Part shown: positions 47,390 to 57,367 of the stretch, in pieces
Layout: the number at the start of each line of letters is the position of its first letter
Numbering within the stretch: position 1 is the first letter of the stretch
Assembly (NCBI GenBank): GCA_025611195.1
Contig: GCA_025611195.1_4718.2
Length of the DNA stretch: 64,000 nucleotides
Origin: a phage
Reading direction: 5' to 3' (one strand)
Program-made: the position numbers and the translations under genes
Notes under the pieces: model-generated
Databases searched by the model: none
Told to the model about the DNA's origin: nothing
Seen by the model: the letters and a program-made list of their open reading frames with translations, nothing else

Positions 47390-47764
47390 TTAAACTCCTT
47401 GTCGGATCATCACCAACCGGAGCATGTTGTATTCCAATGTAGCGCTTTCTAATTCGAATTCATATCGATACCAGAAATTCGGCTCTAATTGACCTACAAC
47501 ACATTTACGAACGTCTGTCTGCACCTTCCTCGACAATCCCTGTAATAGTTGCGTTATCTCCGGCTTGAAGTAATACGCCAAACCTAACTGGTCAGAGTAA
47601 AACAGGCCACAATCAAAGATGGCCTGTAAAATAACATATTCAACCATCAGGTGACGCGCATCAGGTTCAGGGAATGGCGAACGTAACGCGAGGTCTAACA
47701 CATCGACGATTGGGCCGACATAAATGGCGGCACGGTACTCACGAATAACGCTGATGTTATCCAT
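47390..47764 (-). CDS. hypothetical protein (124 aa)
   Basis: ORF track. Confidence 0.55.
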   Translation of the reverse strand: MDNISVIREYRAAIYVGPIVDVLDLALRSPFPEPDARHLMVEYVILQAIFDCGLFYSDQLGLAYYFKPEITQLLQGLSRKVQTDVRKCVVGQLEPNFWYRYEFELESATLEYNMLRLVMIRQGV

Positions 47765-47777
47765 GATAACCTATTCG

Positions 47778-48602
47778 TTAACTATCGCTTTCTGATGTAT
47801 CAACGTAGTTGAAAATACGATCCCGTAAACACTCGTAACGAGGCAATGCGCTAAGAATGATCATCTTCAGCTGCATCGCGATCGATACACGTTCTTCATC
47901 CGACGCGTCGTCTCCCCATTTACCTGGCTTAACCTGAATAGGTTCATGCGGATCCTGCGGAAATATGAAACTTAACAGCAGATAATCCGTACGGAACTCC
48001 CACACTTCTCGACCGTCGTTATCGGTTTCTTTACGCAGCGTGAAGAGTTGACGTTCGGTGGTTGGATCCAACATCAGCGGTCGACCACGAACAATCTCCA
48101 GTTTACGTGGGCTGACGAACGTCGTACGTTCAGGAAGGTATTTTTCAACATCATCTGTATCCAACAAGAACAAAATGATATCGTCGAAATACTTCGGTGC
48201 GTACGTGTGTATCGGTTCGCCATCGCTATACGAAGAGATCTCTTGGAGTATTGGCGTCTTAGACGAAAAGTTCTGGCATGAACCACGGGTGATCGGTAAT
48301 GTGTCCCACTGATGTTCTGTAGACAATTCGACAGGCACCAACGGATAATCATCGATGAAAACCACGCACGTTGTGTTGACGGGTATTCTTCCGTCATTGC
48401 CGGGTTCAAAAACCAAACGTATTTTACCGGTAATCAGCGCCATCTCATCCGGCATTAAATGGCCTGCTGACCGAGCGAGTCTGAAACCGCTCGCCTGTTT
48501 ATAAGGTTCGGGTTTATAGCCACGGACAATAAGAGAGATATCCGCAAGTTCAACGCTCACGAATGCATCTTTGGTGTCTTCATTGTTCGTCGTTAACGTC
48601 AT
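47778..48602 (-). CDS. hypothetical protein (274 aa)
   Basis: ORF track. Confidence 0.55.
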   Translation of the reverse strand: MTLTTNNEDTKDAFVSVELADISLIVRGYKPEPYKQASGFRLARSAGHLMPDEMALITGKIRLVFEPGNDGRIPVNTTCVVFIDDYPLVPVELSTEHQWDTLPITRGSCQNFSSKTPILQEISSYSDGEPIHTYAPKYFDDIILFLLDTDDVEKYLPERTTFVSPRKLEIVRGRPLMLDPTTERQLFTLRKETDNDGREVWEFRTDYLLLSFIFPQDPHEPIQVKPGKWGDDASDEERVSIAMQLKMIILSALPRYECLRDRIFNYVDTSESDS

Positions 48603-49617
48603 TGTTCATTTTCTCCGTTACAACAAATCGTTCAAGTTCACGTAATAAACGCTCTTTTAAAGCAGGATCAACTTCCGGAGCATGTTTATCGCGATACCAT
48701 TCTGTCCCGTTGTATTGCAGGCTAACATGCCATGTTCCTAACGGGCTTTCCTCCGCAGCGGCGATGAAATTCTTAACGCCGGTTTTGGTAGGATACTCCA
48801 TGATAGGAACAGCCTGCTTCGGATCCATTACGGTAAGATCCTGGAAGTTATAGTCCAGGAGCGTTAACGCGCGTTTGTCGCGTAGCAGTAATCCGCAATC
48901 CAAGATAGTGAAATCGATACCCCAAAATTGTAGCTTACCGCCTGTACTGATAGGAATATGACCACGATAAACCGCGAGATAGATCTCCCCCTTATCGGTT
49001 TCTTTATTGTACCCGGCAATGAATGCTGCGGTAATTAACGGCTGATCGCCTTTCGCAAAGAAAACAGGATGTGTACGATAAAGCCAATCATTACGGATTA
49101 AATCCGATACCTGGCCTAAACGTGCCGTGGGCACCATTGTCGATCCTAAGTCACTATTACTAACTTCGAATTGGTAATATTCAAACAGAACACCGTCGAC
49201 TTCTTCTTTAGCGTATGGCTCACGAGCCGGATTAGCGAGTAAGTAACGTAACTTGCTATCGATTTCGGCTACGCGTTCCTCATGGGTATCCATACGACTA
49301 GCGACGACGAAAGCAGCCAGATTACGTACGCTAAGGAACACGTCGTCTTTCTCTTGGTCACTTAGTCCTTCTTCATCCGCTAACGTTGTCCAATGCAGTG
49401 GTCCCTCCACCATCTTTAACCATTTGTCTTCACGCTCTGGGTAAACAAAGGGCTTGTGTACAGGAACGCTGGTATGCTGTACACGCAATAGTAACGAACA
49501 AGGGGATTGCGTTATCAACTCCCGCGGTACTATACCACTCGTGACAGCGATGACGTGACGATTAAGAACAAGAGAAGCTGAATAAGTGATATTATCTAAT
49601 CCTGGTAATTGATCCAT
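48580..49617 (-). CDS. hypothetical protein (345 aa)
   Basis: ORF track; AAGGA RBS; 300-bp AT-rich leader upstream. Confidence 0.6.
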   Translation of the reverse strand: MDQLPGLDNITYSASLVLNRHVIAVTSGIVPRELITQSPCSLLLRVQHTSVPVHKPFVYPEREDKWLKMVEGPLHWTTLADEEGLSDQEKDDVFLSVRNLAAFVVASRMDTHEERVAEIDSKLRYLLANPAREPYAKEEVDGVLFEYYQFEVSNSDLGSTMVPTARLGQVSDLIRNDWLYRTHPVFFAKGDQPLITAAFIAGYNKETDKGEIYLAVYRGHIPISTGGKLQFWGIDFTILDCGLLLRDKRALTLLDYNFQDLTVMDPKQAVPIMEYPTKTGVKNFIAAAEESPLGTWHVSLQYNGTEWYRDKHAPEVDPALKERLLRELERFVVTEKMNNDVNDEQ

Positions 49618-49872
49618 GATAGAAATCCTTAGTATGTTTGATATGTTGTTTAATTGACATATTAAGTTTAAAAGAGGTTATGTTTTACGTATTGTTAATA
49701 ACGTATTCTTATCTCTATTAAGCTATGTTCTATCTAAAGATAGTAAACAGATATAATGCTCCCCACCTCCCCATTCTCCCAAGTAATACTGGCCTACCGG
49801 CCCTCTCCTTTTTAAGGGAGAGAGTAAGCATTCAGTATTGCTCAAATGAATAAGCAAAACAGTATAAACTTA

Positions 49873-49896
49873 CCGTCTCGAGACAACTCGAGACGG
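49873..49896 (-). terminator. intrinsic terminator-like hairpin CCGTCTCGAG/CTCGAGACGG
   Basis: 10-bp perfect inverted repeat; minus strand followed by TAAGTTTATACTGTTTTG. Confidence 0.5.
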
Positions 49897-49922
49897 CGTA
49901 GTGTCTGTTTATCTCTTTTATG

Positions 49923-50276
49923 CTAACAACCTATTTCTGCATAAACCTTTAACGATTCGAATACATCTCCCTTCTTTATCATCGTCTTGTACAAACGTGA
50001 TTGAGCAATGATCTTTATCCATTGTTGCGGATCGTGTAAATTCACATTTTCAAAACGGGGTGGGGTATTATCTCCGTCGAGTCGGATATACCCTAAGAGC
50101 AATCCTTCATGGTGTCCTCGACGGATTTCGATATGTGGTTTGAGGGAGGTATGATTGTCTGGTGGATACCAGCTTACGGTGTAATAATGGTTTCCTGAAA
50201 CAACGATTTCGTGAACGGTTTTTGTTTCATCGTCAATGATCGCGTTTACGCTGGGGATCATTAATTTTTGAAGCAT
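49923..50276 (-). CDS. hypothetical protein (117 aa)
   Basis: ATG at 50276 with GGAGGT RBS; track start 50360 would overlap upstream gene by 100 nt. Confidence 0.5.
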   Translation of the reverse strand: MLQKLMIPSVNAIIDDETKTVHEIVVSGNHYYTVSWYPPDNHTSLKPHIEIRRGHHEGLLLGYIRLDGDNTPPRFENVNLHDPQQWIKIIAQSRLYKTMIKKGDVFESLKVYAEIGC

Positions 50277-50860
50277 GGGACATAAACCTCCATCAACATC
50301 GCATAAAGCGCACCAAGCCCATGCAGGACTCGGTCGGGTGCAAAGGTTGGTGTGTAACATACTTGTTCGGTTGGTGCTTGTTGACGTAAGTCTAACGGAT
50401 CTCCGTTGATAAGCATCTGCAGGAGATCAACATCATCTTGCAATGTATCCTCATCGATGTATGCATCAACAAAAAGCAATCGGTGTAACTGTTCCGGTTT
50501 AATCGAAATACCTACAACCATGCAGTTGTTGTAGGTGGCGTTGTCCAGAAAGAAGTGAATGACGCCCGCTTGTGGATCGCCGTTGTAATGCAGCCATCGC
50601 GTAAAGCCAGCCGACATCATCCACAGTGGATTGTGTTGTAGCGCACTGACGACACGGGTCTCGAATTCCAAACCAAACTTCTGGAAGATTGCGCCCATCT
50701 GGAAACGATCTTCATCGAGACGGTAACGGAATATACAAGCATCCGATCCCGTTGAGTTGTCGTACACCGAAAGATACCCGCGATGGATTTCCACGGTAAC
50801 ATTGTTGTCGTCAAGCGTGGCGCTCGCAACGCCGTTAGAAAAGGTTGGAACAAAGCTCAT
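50261..50860 (-). CDS. hypothetical protein (199 aa)
   Basis: ORF track. Confidence 0.55.
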   Translation of the reverse strand: MSFVPTFSNGVASATLDDNNVTVEIHRGYLSVYDNSTGSDACIFRYRLDEDRFQMGAIFQKFGLEFETRVVSALQHNPLWMMSAGFTRWLHYNGDPQAGVIHFFLDNATYNNCMVVGISIKPEQLHRLLFVDAYIDEDTLQDDVDLLQMLINGDPLDLRQQAPTEQVCYTPTFAPDRVLHGLGALYAMLMEVYVPCFKN

Positions 50861-51381
50861 CTTGTAATCCTTAATTTACCTGAATGAATTATCGTTGATG
50901 GGTCCACGACGCGACCGTATTTCGCATTACGTAGTACACGATGCCCAAAGAAGTCAGCGGTTTCCAAAACAACTGTATAACAACCAAGCTGATGTTGGTG
51001 TCCCCAAAACCGTTCAATGGGAATCCAGCATGGCGTCATGCCTTTGTGTCGCCAATCCGTAACACAGCCGAATTCAGCAAACTGTTCAGTAAACCACTCA
51101 TCAATGTCGGTATCCGTAAAGAGAAACACGTGGTTTTTAACCAGATAAGCGAACCCTGGATAAAAAAGCTGAGGGTCATCTGGGTCACGTAGATAAACAC
51201 GAAGTTTGTCTAGTGTGCCCTCGATAACGATTGTATCGGGTAATCCTGGTGGTGTGAACCGAAGTTGGAAGTTATCCTCGTTTGCCGAGGCGTTAACCAA
51301 ATACCCCAATTGAAGGGGTCGATGCAATTCGAAAAGGTTGAACGTTAATGCATATTCGATATACTCTAATCCTATATTCAT
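50857..51381 (-). CDS. hypothetical protein (174 aa)
   Basis: Track start is TTG at 51408; ATG at 51381 chosen. Confidence 0.5.
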   Translation of the reverse strand: MNIGLEYIEYALTFNLFELHRPLQLGYLVNASANEDNFQLRFTPPGLPDTIVIEGTLDKLRVYLRDPDDPQLFYPGFAYLVKNHVFLFTDTDIDEWFTEQFAEFGCVTDWRHKGMTPCWIPIERFWGHQHQLGCYTVVLETADFFGHRVLRNAKYGRVVDPSTIIHSGKLRITR

Positions 51382-51513
51382 GTCTGACCTATGTGGTATG
51401 GATGACAACGCTTTGCCTTCCGCGAGTGTAATCAGGAAGGTAATGTAGGTTTATTTTAATCTCCATTTCGCGATGATATGACAGTCTTTATTACGTTTAC
51501 CATCTGAGGGAGC

Positions 51514-52758
51514 ATGCTCATGTCTTCTATTTTACAGGTGTTTAATGCGCATGCGGAAGGCATTGACATCGACGAGTATTTTGTTAATCAGGTTATCCGT
51601 TACGCGACACGCTTCCGCACGCAAGACCAAGAACACATGCGTTTTTTCGGTGGGGTTCTGTTAGGCGTGCAGAAAATCCGATTCACAACAAGACATAACG
51701 ATATGTGGTTTTCCGACGTCTTGATGATGGATGAAGAAAGCTTACGACGCGATTTGAGTAAACTGCCCTTTTACAATACGCAGACCAACCGTGTTGCCTC
51801 AAACGCATTTAACCTAAGTTGCTGCTGGTTGCTTTATGCGATTTTCCATAGCAAACAAATCAAAAAAGAAAAGGTTCGTGAGGCCGGGATGCTTGCTGCA
51901 ATGCAAGTCCTTCATTATAAATTCATTTGCGGTCTGGTAGCGCGGCGTTATCCTTATAACGCCGATCCGGCTATCGCCATTAAGGCGTACGATGAGTTAA
52001 CGCTCAAATCAGGTATCAAACGCATGAATAGCTGGAATGAGTACATTGACGAACGCTGTAATGCCATCATTGCGCGTAATAGTACACATTTCAGTCGTTG
52101 GTCAACCCTGGAACCAGATAGTGTCGCCGAACGTTTTGTACGTGATGTGAATACCGGAATTCGTAAAGTTATCAACCGTATCACCGATACGTACTACGCG
52201 ATGTACGAAGAAGGTAAGAAGATCGGCACGTCCTCTCAAACTGTAGAATTAGACGACGGCCTCGCTGTCCGCGATATTAAACGCAACGAAACCACGTATC
52301 GTCAATATCTGTTCGAAATCGCTTATGACCGAACAAGTTTCGTTAAACGTGAACTCATGGTCGTCATCCTCGACGTGCATCATACTACCAATCTCCTATC
52401 CCTTGAGCGAGCGTTAAGTTATATCAGCGCTAACGTAGAGCGGCCAACAAAAGACGGAAAGCAGGTCTCTCAGATGTTGCGGCTTGTAATGGAACATGCT
52501 ATCGAGTATATCATCTTGAATAAGGTCGATATGCGCGATCTTACGTTCTTATTCTACATGCGTAACGTGTATACGTCTAACCGTACCAGCAACCCGAAAC
52601 TGTTAGAACTGCGTAAACTTGGCTCTGAAGTCATTAAGAAAGCAACCAACGCGAGAAACGACGCTGAAGCTGCAGCGACACGCACAGGTGTCTTTCTGTA
52701 TATCCTGCTTCGGGTGTTTAGTCGCAACTATTACGTTCGTCGCGCGATGTCTCGCTAA
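51514..52758 (+). CDS. hypothetical protein (414 aa)
   Basis: ATG with GAGGGAG RBS. Confidence 0.6.
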   Translation: MLMSSILQVFNAHAEGIDIDEYFVNQVIRYATRFRTQDQEHMRFFGGVLLGVQKIRFTTRHNDMWFSDVLMMDEESLRRDLSKLPFYNTQTNRVASNAFNLSCCWLLYAIFHSKQIKKEKVREAGMLAAMQVLHYKFICGLVARRYPYNADPAIAIKAYDELTLKSGIKRMNSWNEYIDERCNAIIARNSTHFSRWSTLEPDSVAERFVRDVNTGIRKVINRITDTYYAMYEEGKKIGTSSQTVELDDGLAVRDIKRNETTYRQYLFEIAYDRTSFVKRELMVVILDVHHTTNLLSLERALSYISANVERPTKDGKQVSQMLRLVMEHAIEYIILNKVDMRDLTFLFYMRNVYTSNRTSNPKLLELRKLGSEVIKKATNARNDAEAAATRTGVFLYILLRVFSRNYYVRRAMSR

Positions 52759-52910
52759 CAATGTAACAGTAAAACTTTACTGATGTTGGTTATTATTTGA
52801 AGCATAGGGCTTCACCCAGGAGTACCATCCCTGTAAGTCGTTTGTCCTCTCCTGGTTAACTGTCGTTCTCTCACAGTGCTCGACAGACCAAAAATGCTCA
52901 AGCCTCATAG

Positions 52911-52939
52911 CCTCCTCTGGGAATGGAACCCAGAGGAGG
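52911..52939. terminator. stem-loop CCTCCTCTGGG/CCCAGAGGAGG
   Basis: 11-bp perfect inverted repeat between 51514-52758 (+) and 52952-53260 (-); plus strand followed by a T-rich run. Confidence 0.5.
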
Positions 52940-52951
52940 ACTATGTTTGCT

Positions 52952-53260
52952 TTAAAATTCAATGCGACCCTTAGTTGTAAACAATACACCTCTTTGCCAA
53001 CAGAAAAGATCCTCCGATTGAGCGCAAACACGAATACCCGCATCGAATAGATGTTTTGTTCTGGCGCTTAAACAATCTGGATCTTCTACATACAACAGAA
53101 GACGTTGGCATTTATTTTGAATGCGCTCGACAAGGATGTTCTTATCGCTTAAAATAAAATGCGCGTTATCTGTTAAGTTATCGTCGGTTTCCAGCTGCCC
53201 GACAAGTTTGATTAAAATACGTAATTGCTCAAGTGTGTCATGATCAAATGAATCGCCCAT
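52952..53260 (-). CDS. hypothetical protein (102 aa)
   Basis: ATG at 53260 with GAGGTA RBS. Confidence 0.45.
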   Translation of the reverse strand: MGDSFDHDTLEQLRILIKLVGQLETDDNLTDNAHFILSDKNILVERIQNKCQRLLLYVEDPDCLSARTKHLFDAGIRVCAQSEDLFCWQRGVLFTTKGRIEF

Positions 53261-53304
53261 GGCGTACCTCAACGTTATACGTCGTTAGTATTATAATACG
53301 TTAT

Positions 53305-53334
53305 AGTCTCCCCGCCGGTATTAACGGGGAGTCT
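53305..53334 (-). terminator. stem-loop after terminase gene (CTCCCCG/CGGGGAG)
   Basis: Inverted repeat just after the terminase stop at 53346. Confidence 0.45.
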
Positions 53335-53345
53335 GCGGACTACTC

Positions 53346-55577
53346 TTAGAAAAAACCCCCTGGTCTGTATTGGCCCATCGTCATCCACGCGTTACGAGAA
53401 ATATTCCGTTCGTTCGAAGAGCGACTTATTTGACGATACGTATTCGCTCGTTCCTCCCTTGCTTTCGTAATCATTGCGTCGATAGAGACAGACGCTGAAT
53501 CCTCCCCACGTATTTTTCCTTTATAGGTAAGAAGCTCCGCCTCCAACCGATCCAAGATAAGGCCATTGGTTTCGGTCTTAAGCAGCTCATAGATTTCAGC
53601 AACGCGTTGACGTAGCTTCGCCTGCTGTTGGTTAAGATAAGCTTCATACGGATCTATTTCACCCGTCACAGATGCCGGTAAACGACTCATGACTTTAAGC
53701 GGATCGATACCGTAATGAATCTGTTTCTTAGCGCGCTTGATAAACCACATCGCTAACATCCATGCGAACGTCATGTCATCGTGCATTCCATCCTGGTGGT
53801 CGACACGCCCATCTTTGATAACCAACCCAAGAATCTCGGAACACAGCATCTTATCGCGTAACTGCCCGCGGGTTTCTACGATACCTTCCATCAAGATGTC
53901 GGAATACAACTCCATGCGTTTGCGTGCATCCGTCGTGAAGCCCAAATGCCGTTTACGCTGAGCGTACCAACTTTCATCACGCATGCTCAACGGCAGTTTC
54001 AGGTCTTCGAACATTGCTGGATTATCGGCATGTCTGTCCACAATCGTGTTGTATACACGTTTGAATACGTCGATGCCTGCTTGCCGCAAGAACTCTTCAA
54101 TTGCGTCTAACAACATGATCGCACTGCTCTTACGTTCGGGAATCAACGTAACGTTCTTATAACGCATCATGAAGTTGGCCATCCAACGAGCAAAAGAAAG
54201 CAGACTCAGTTTATTAAAACGTCCTGTCGCAACAACTTCTGCTGTTTCCACATCCACCATCACCAAACCGATCGCGTCACGACCAATCGCGTCACTGGTA
54301 TCTAAACCAGCAACCACCTTATTGTTCTGCATGTATGTCTCGATTTGACCTCGAGGTATATACCAGTTAATGCAGTAGCCTTCAGGTGAGATCTCGATAT
54401 GGTCGATTTCACGTTGTCCTGCCATGATCATCTCAACCATCTCAGCGGTTAACGGGCTTTCTGCTGAACCGTTGGTCCAAATGTTCATGTAGTCACGGTC
54501 TTTCTGAAGTTTATCACCTTCCGTTTCGTTCATGGTTTTTGCTAACCATTCGTCACTGAATCCCAATTGAGCATGGTTCCATTGTGCCCCGATCCTGACG
54601 GTCGCTTTGCTGAGCTCGCATGGTACGTTGTTCAATACCGTCTGATGCAGATGCTTTTCGTTACGGCAGTCAAAGAAACTTTCAGAAAACGGCGCGGAAC
54701 GCATGAAAACTTCATAAGCCCATTTACCCTCGCGTTTATCCAATTCACCTGCTGTTGTCGTATAGATGATACTTGTCAGGTCGCCGTTGCTTAATGCTTC
54801 ATCGCGTGCTGCACCCATCGCACCGATACCAGCAGGGACAATGATTTCGATGTATTTCGTAAACGCGGTTTCGTCGCTATGGAATATCGGGGTTGTTAGA
54901 CCACGACCGATGTTTGTTGCTTGTTTCTTATCCGAACGTGGAATCTTTACCGATAACTTGTTCTTGAAACGCGTGTAGGTTACGTTCTCTTTGTTCGATG
55001 AATCACGGCTATCCAGCGTCCAGAGATACGCAGGCAGTAGATCGCGTATACTACGCACATCTTCTACTGTTTTCGTACGGGCGTCACCGTCTTTTGTTAA
55101 CTGAATAACCTCGGTGTTTCGACTACGAACATAGGTTAGATAGCAGAACAATCCTAACATGGTCATGGATTTACCCGTCTGACGTATCTGTATCTGATAC
55201 CAGTTCGTTCGGGTAAATATTCCCCAGAGCATCGGAATGTTACCGCGGTTAGCACGGAACGAGATCTTGTTATCACCCGCTTTAGCCGGAACACGCATCA
55301 CTTCACGGAAGAAGTACCACGGATTAAGATAGCATTCCGCACTGATCATCTGAATCTGTTCTGACGTCAAATTCGGTGCGTGGGGGTCAACACCGATTAA
55401 TCTTGGGTTTAATAACGCCATGAAAAACGCAGAGTTTCGGACACCGAATTCACGACGATACAAGATCGCTAAATCACGCCAACTTGTGTTTGTTGTTTCC
55501 CAGTGTGGAACAGCTTGAGGAAAATAATCCCAATCTTCCTCAAACAAGATGATTTTCTTCGGATCGACAATCGACAT
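53346..55577 (-). CDS. terL: terminase large subunit
   Basis: Walker A-like QIRQTGKSMTM; nuclease-domain motifs VVAGLDTSDAIGRDAIGLVMVDVE and DGMHDDMTFAWMLAMW. Confidence 0.65.
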   Translation of the reverse strand: MSIVDPKKIILFEEDWDYFPQAVPHWETTNTSWRDLAILYRREFGVRNSAFFMALLNPRLIGVDPHAPNLTSEQIQMISAECYLNPWYFFREVMRVPAKAGDNKISFRANRGNIPMLWGIFTRTNWYQIQIRQTGKSMTMLGLFCYLTYVRSRNTEVIQLTKDGDARTKTVEDVRSIRDLLPAYLWTLDSRDSSNKENVTYTRFKNKLSVKIPRSDKKQATNIGRGLTTPIFHSDETAFTKYIEIIVPAGIGAMGAARDEALSNGDLTSIIYTTTAGELDKREGKWAYEVFMRSAPFSESFFDCRNEKHLHQTVLNNVPCELSKATVRIGAQWNHAQLGFSDEWLAKTMNETEGDKLQKDRDYMNIWTNGSAESPLTAEMVEMIMAGQREIDHIEISPEGYCINWYIPRGQIETYMQNNKVVAGLDTSDAIGRDAIGLVMVDVETAEVVATGRFNKLSLLSFARWMANFMMRYKNVTLIPERKSSAIMLLDAIEEFLRQAGIDVFKRVYNTIVDRHADNPAMFEDLKLPLSMRDESWYAQRKRHLGFTTDARKRMELYSDILMEGIVETRGQLRDKMLCSEILGLVIKDGRVDHQDGMHDDMTFAWMLAMWFIKRAKKQIHYGIDPLKVMSRLPASVTGEIDPYEAYLNQQQAKLRQRVAEIYELLKTETNGLILDRLEAELLTYKGKIRGEDSASVSIDAMITKAREERANTYRQISRSSNERNISRNAWMTMGQYRPGGFF

Positions 55578-55589
55578 ATAAACTCCTCC

Positions 55590-55616
55590 GATGGAGGGTG
55601 CCGAGCACCCTCCATC
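55590..55616 (-). terminator. stem-loop GATGGAGGGTG/CCCTCCATC
   Basis: Inverted repeat between 55628-57367 and the terminase start. Confidence 0.4.
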
Positions 55617-55627
55617 GTTGTATTACC

Positions 55628-57367
55628 TTATGCGACTTTACTAATAACGACTGCGGTGATACCAAGATGTAGGTCAACGCCATTCTGTACTTTAATCCAG
55701 CGGATATACAGGTTAGCGTTATCCTGTCCCGTACCACCTGGGACGTTATTGTTCTTATTCCATTGTGAGATTTCGAAACGTTTCTGCACGTTAGGACCAA
55801 CCATGATTTCAAAATGGGTCGGTTCTGGCGCTTTCGATTCCGTCTTCTCAAGATAGAGTGGATGCGTCGCGTAGTAAAGCTGGTTCAACCATTCACCCAG
55901 ATCTGAGTGTTTGTTCGTCAAGTCAACATACGCGTTACCAGCAACATCATAAGTAAACAACGCTTTCGTGTTACGGCCATACACGTCCGTTGTCGTCGGC
56001 GTTGTTTGCGAGCTGAACGTTACTGTCCAGTAATCACCGGATGTTGCCGAACCTGCTTGCAGCAACGTCATTCGAATAGTCTGCGTATGACGTACGCGCT
56101 TGTAAACGGTAGGATCGACTTCATCTAACCAGATGTTGTACGCAAATTCCTGAGGTTGTCCGTATTTCTTCGGATTAAACTCGGGACTGTTCAGTGCCAA
56201 TTGTACTTTATCGGTTACGTTGTAGTATCGCTCACGGTCAACGTTGTACAACCAGAATACCAGCTCATACCCCACCGCATCAGATACCCATTGCGGATAG
56301 CAGAACAGTTTAACACTGTATGCCCCTTTCGCTTCTTTAGAAACAACGGTATAAGGGACACTAATATGTTTCACTGCACCAGGTAACGCGTAGGATGTGT
56401 CCTCATCGTCGTCCAGGTAGTAGTGTAACGCCAGCGGATGTTTGCTGTTGATGACCTGGGACGTGAAGACGTTAAGACCATCCAATACAACCTTGTTACC
56501 AGTAACCGGCCAGTGTTTAATGGAGCCGTCACTGTAGGTGACTTCAGCCTGAAGGTCAACGGAGTCCAGGTTGACGTTGATCGGCAACTCAAGCAGTTTG
56601 GTATCGCTGCTGCTCAGCCACGTTGACTTCAGTCGTACCCCGTCTTCCAGAATATATTTAATACCCTGGTCTGGAGTGCGTACGTAGTCAGTGATACGAA
56701 CGATCATGCGCTTCATGGATAGCGGCTGCGGACCGTCACCATAACCTACTACCATCACCTGCTCAAAATCTTCGACGGGCTTAATGCAGTAACCTTCGCG
56801 GGGTGCCCAGATGGCTTTGTTCGTTCCGTCTTTGTAAGCGATAAGCTGACACGGAATGAAGTCACTGATCTTATTTCCGCTGTTGTCATACATCGCACTG
56901 ATGATTTCGCCTTTGGCGCTAATATCAGAACCACGGAACACCGCGATACGTCGAATATCCGAACCATGTAGATGGAAACGACGATCGATATTCATCGTAG
57001 CTGGGATCGTGTTCGTATTAATCAATACACGCCACGTGTCGTACGACCACGTCGGATCGATACCTTCAAAGGTTGTCGTCCCATCGCCCTGACCGTCGAA
57101 CGGAGCAGATAATTGACCAATGAGTTTAAGGGTACTTAGTTTAGTGCGATCATCTACAGCGATAACACGGTATACCGCATTCGTATCCCAGTCTTCAACC
57201 TTATCATCCACGTTGGGAACATAAAGTTTCCAGTCTTCTTCAACGCCATTATAGATCTCTTTATACGCATAGGTGGTATAGCGTCTGTCGAGATCCTGAA
57301 TAGCGAGTTTATCCGGATGCTGTTGTGCGTAAAGCACCGGATTGGTAATTTCTCTTCCCATTATCAC
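55628..57367 (-). CDS. hypothetical protein, possible virion/morphogenesis protein (579 aa)
   Basis: Large ORF in the same operon as the terminase. Confidence 0.55.
   Translation of the reverse strand: MIMGREITNPVLYAQQHPDKLAIQDLDRRYTTYAYKEIYNGVEEDWKLYVPNVDDKVEDWDTNAVYRVIAVDDRTKLSTLKLIGQLSAPFDGQGDGTTTFEGIDPTWSYDTWRVLINTNTIPATMNIDRRFHLHGSDIRRIAVFRGSDISAKGEIISAMYDNSGNKISDFIPCQLIAYKDGTNKAIWAPREGYCIKPVEDFEQVMVVGYGDGPQPLSMKRMIVRITDYVRTPDQGIKYILEDGVRLKSTWLSSSDTKLLELPINVNLDSVDLQAEVTYSDGSIKHWPVTGNKVVLDGLNVFTSQVINSKHPLALHYYLDDDEDTSYALPGAVKHISVPYTVVSKEAKGAYSVKLFCYPQWVSDAVGYELVFWLYNVDRERYYNVTDKVQLALNSPEFNPKKYGQPQEFAYNIWLDEVDPTVYKRVRHTQTIRMTLLQAGSATSGDYWTVTFSSQTTPTTTDVYGRNTKALFTYDVAGNAYVDLTNKHSDLGEWLNQLYYATHPLYLEKTESKAPEPTHFEIMVGPNVQKRFEISQWNKNNNVPGGTGQDNANLYIRWIKVQNGVDLHLGITAVVISKVA

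Noticed and set aside
49653-49680. Host sigma70-like promoter (TTGACA at 49653) on the plus strand
   Set aside because: No acceptable -10 hexamer at 16-18 nt spacing and no plus-strand gene downstream.
52800-52910. Possible tRNA or small RNA in the non-coding stretch after gene 51514-52758
   Set aside because: No acceptor-stem complementarity, no GTTCRA T-loop or conserved D-loop could be found on either strand.
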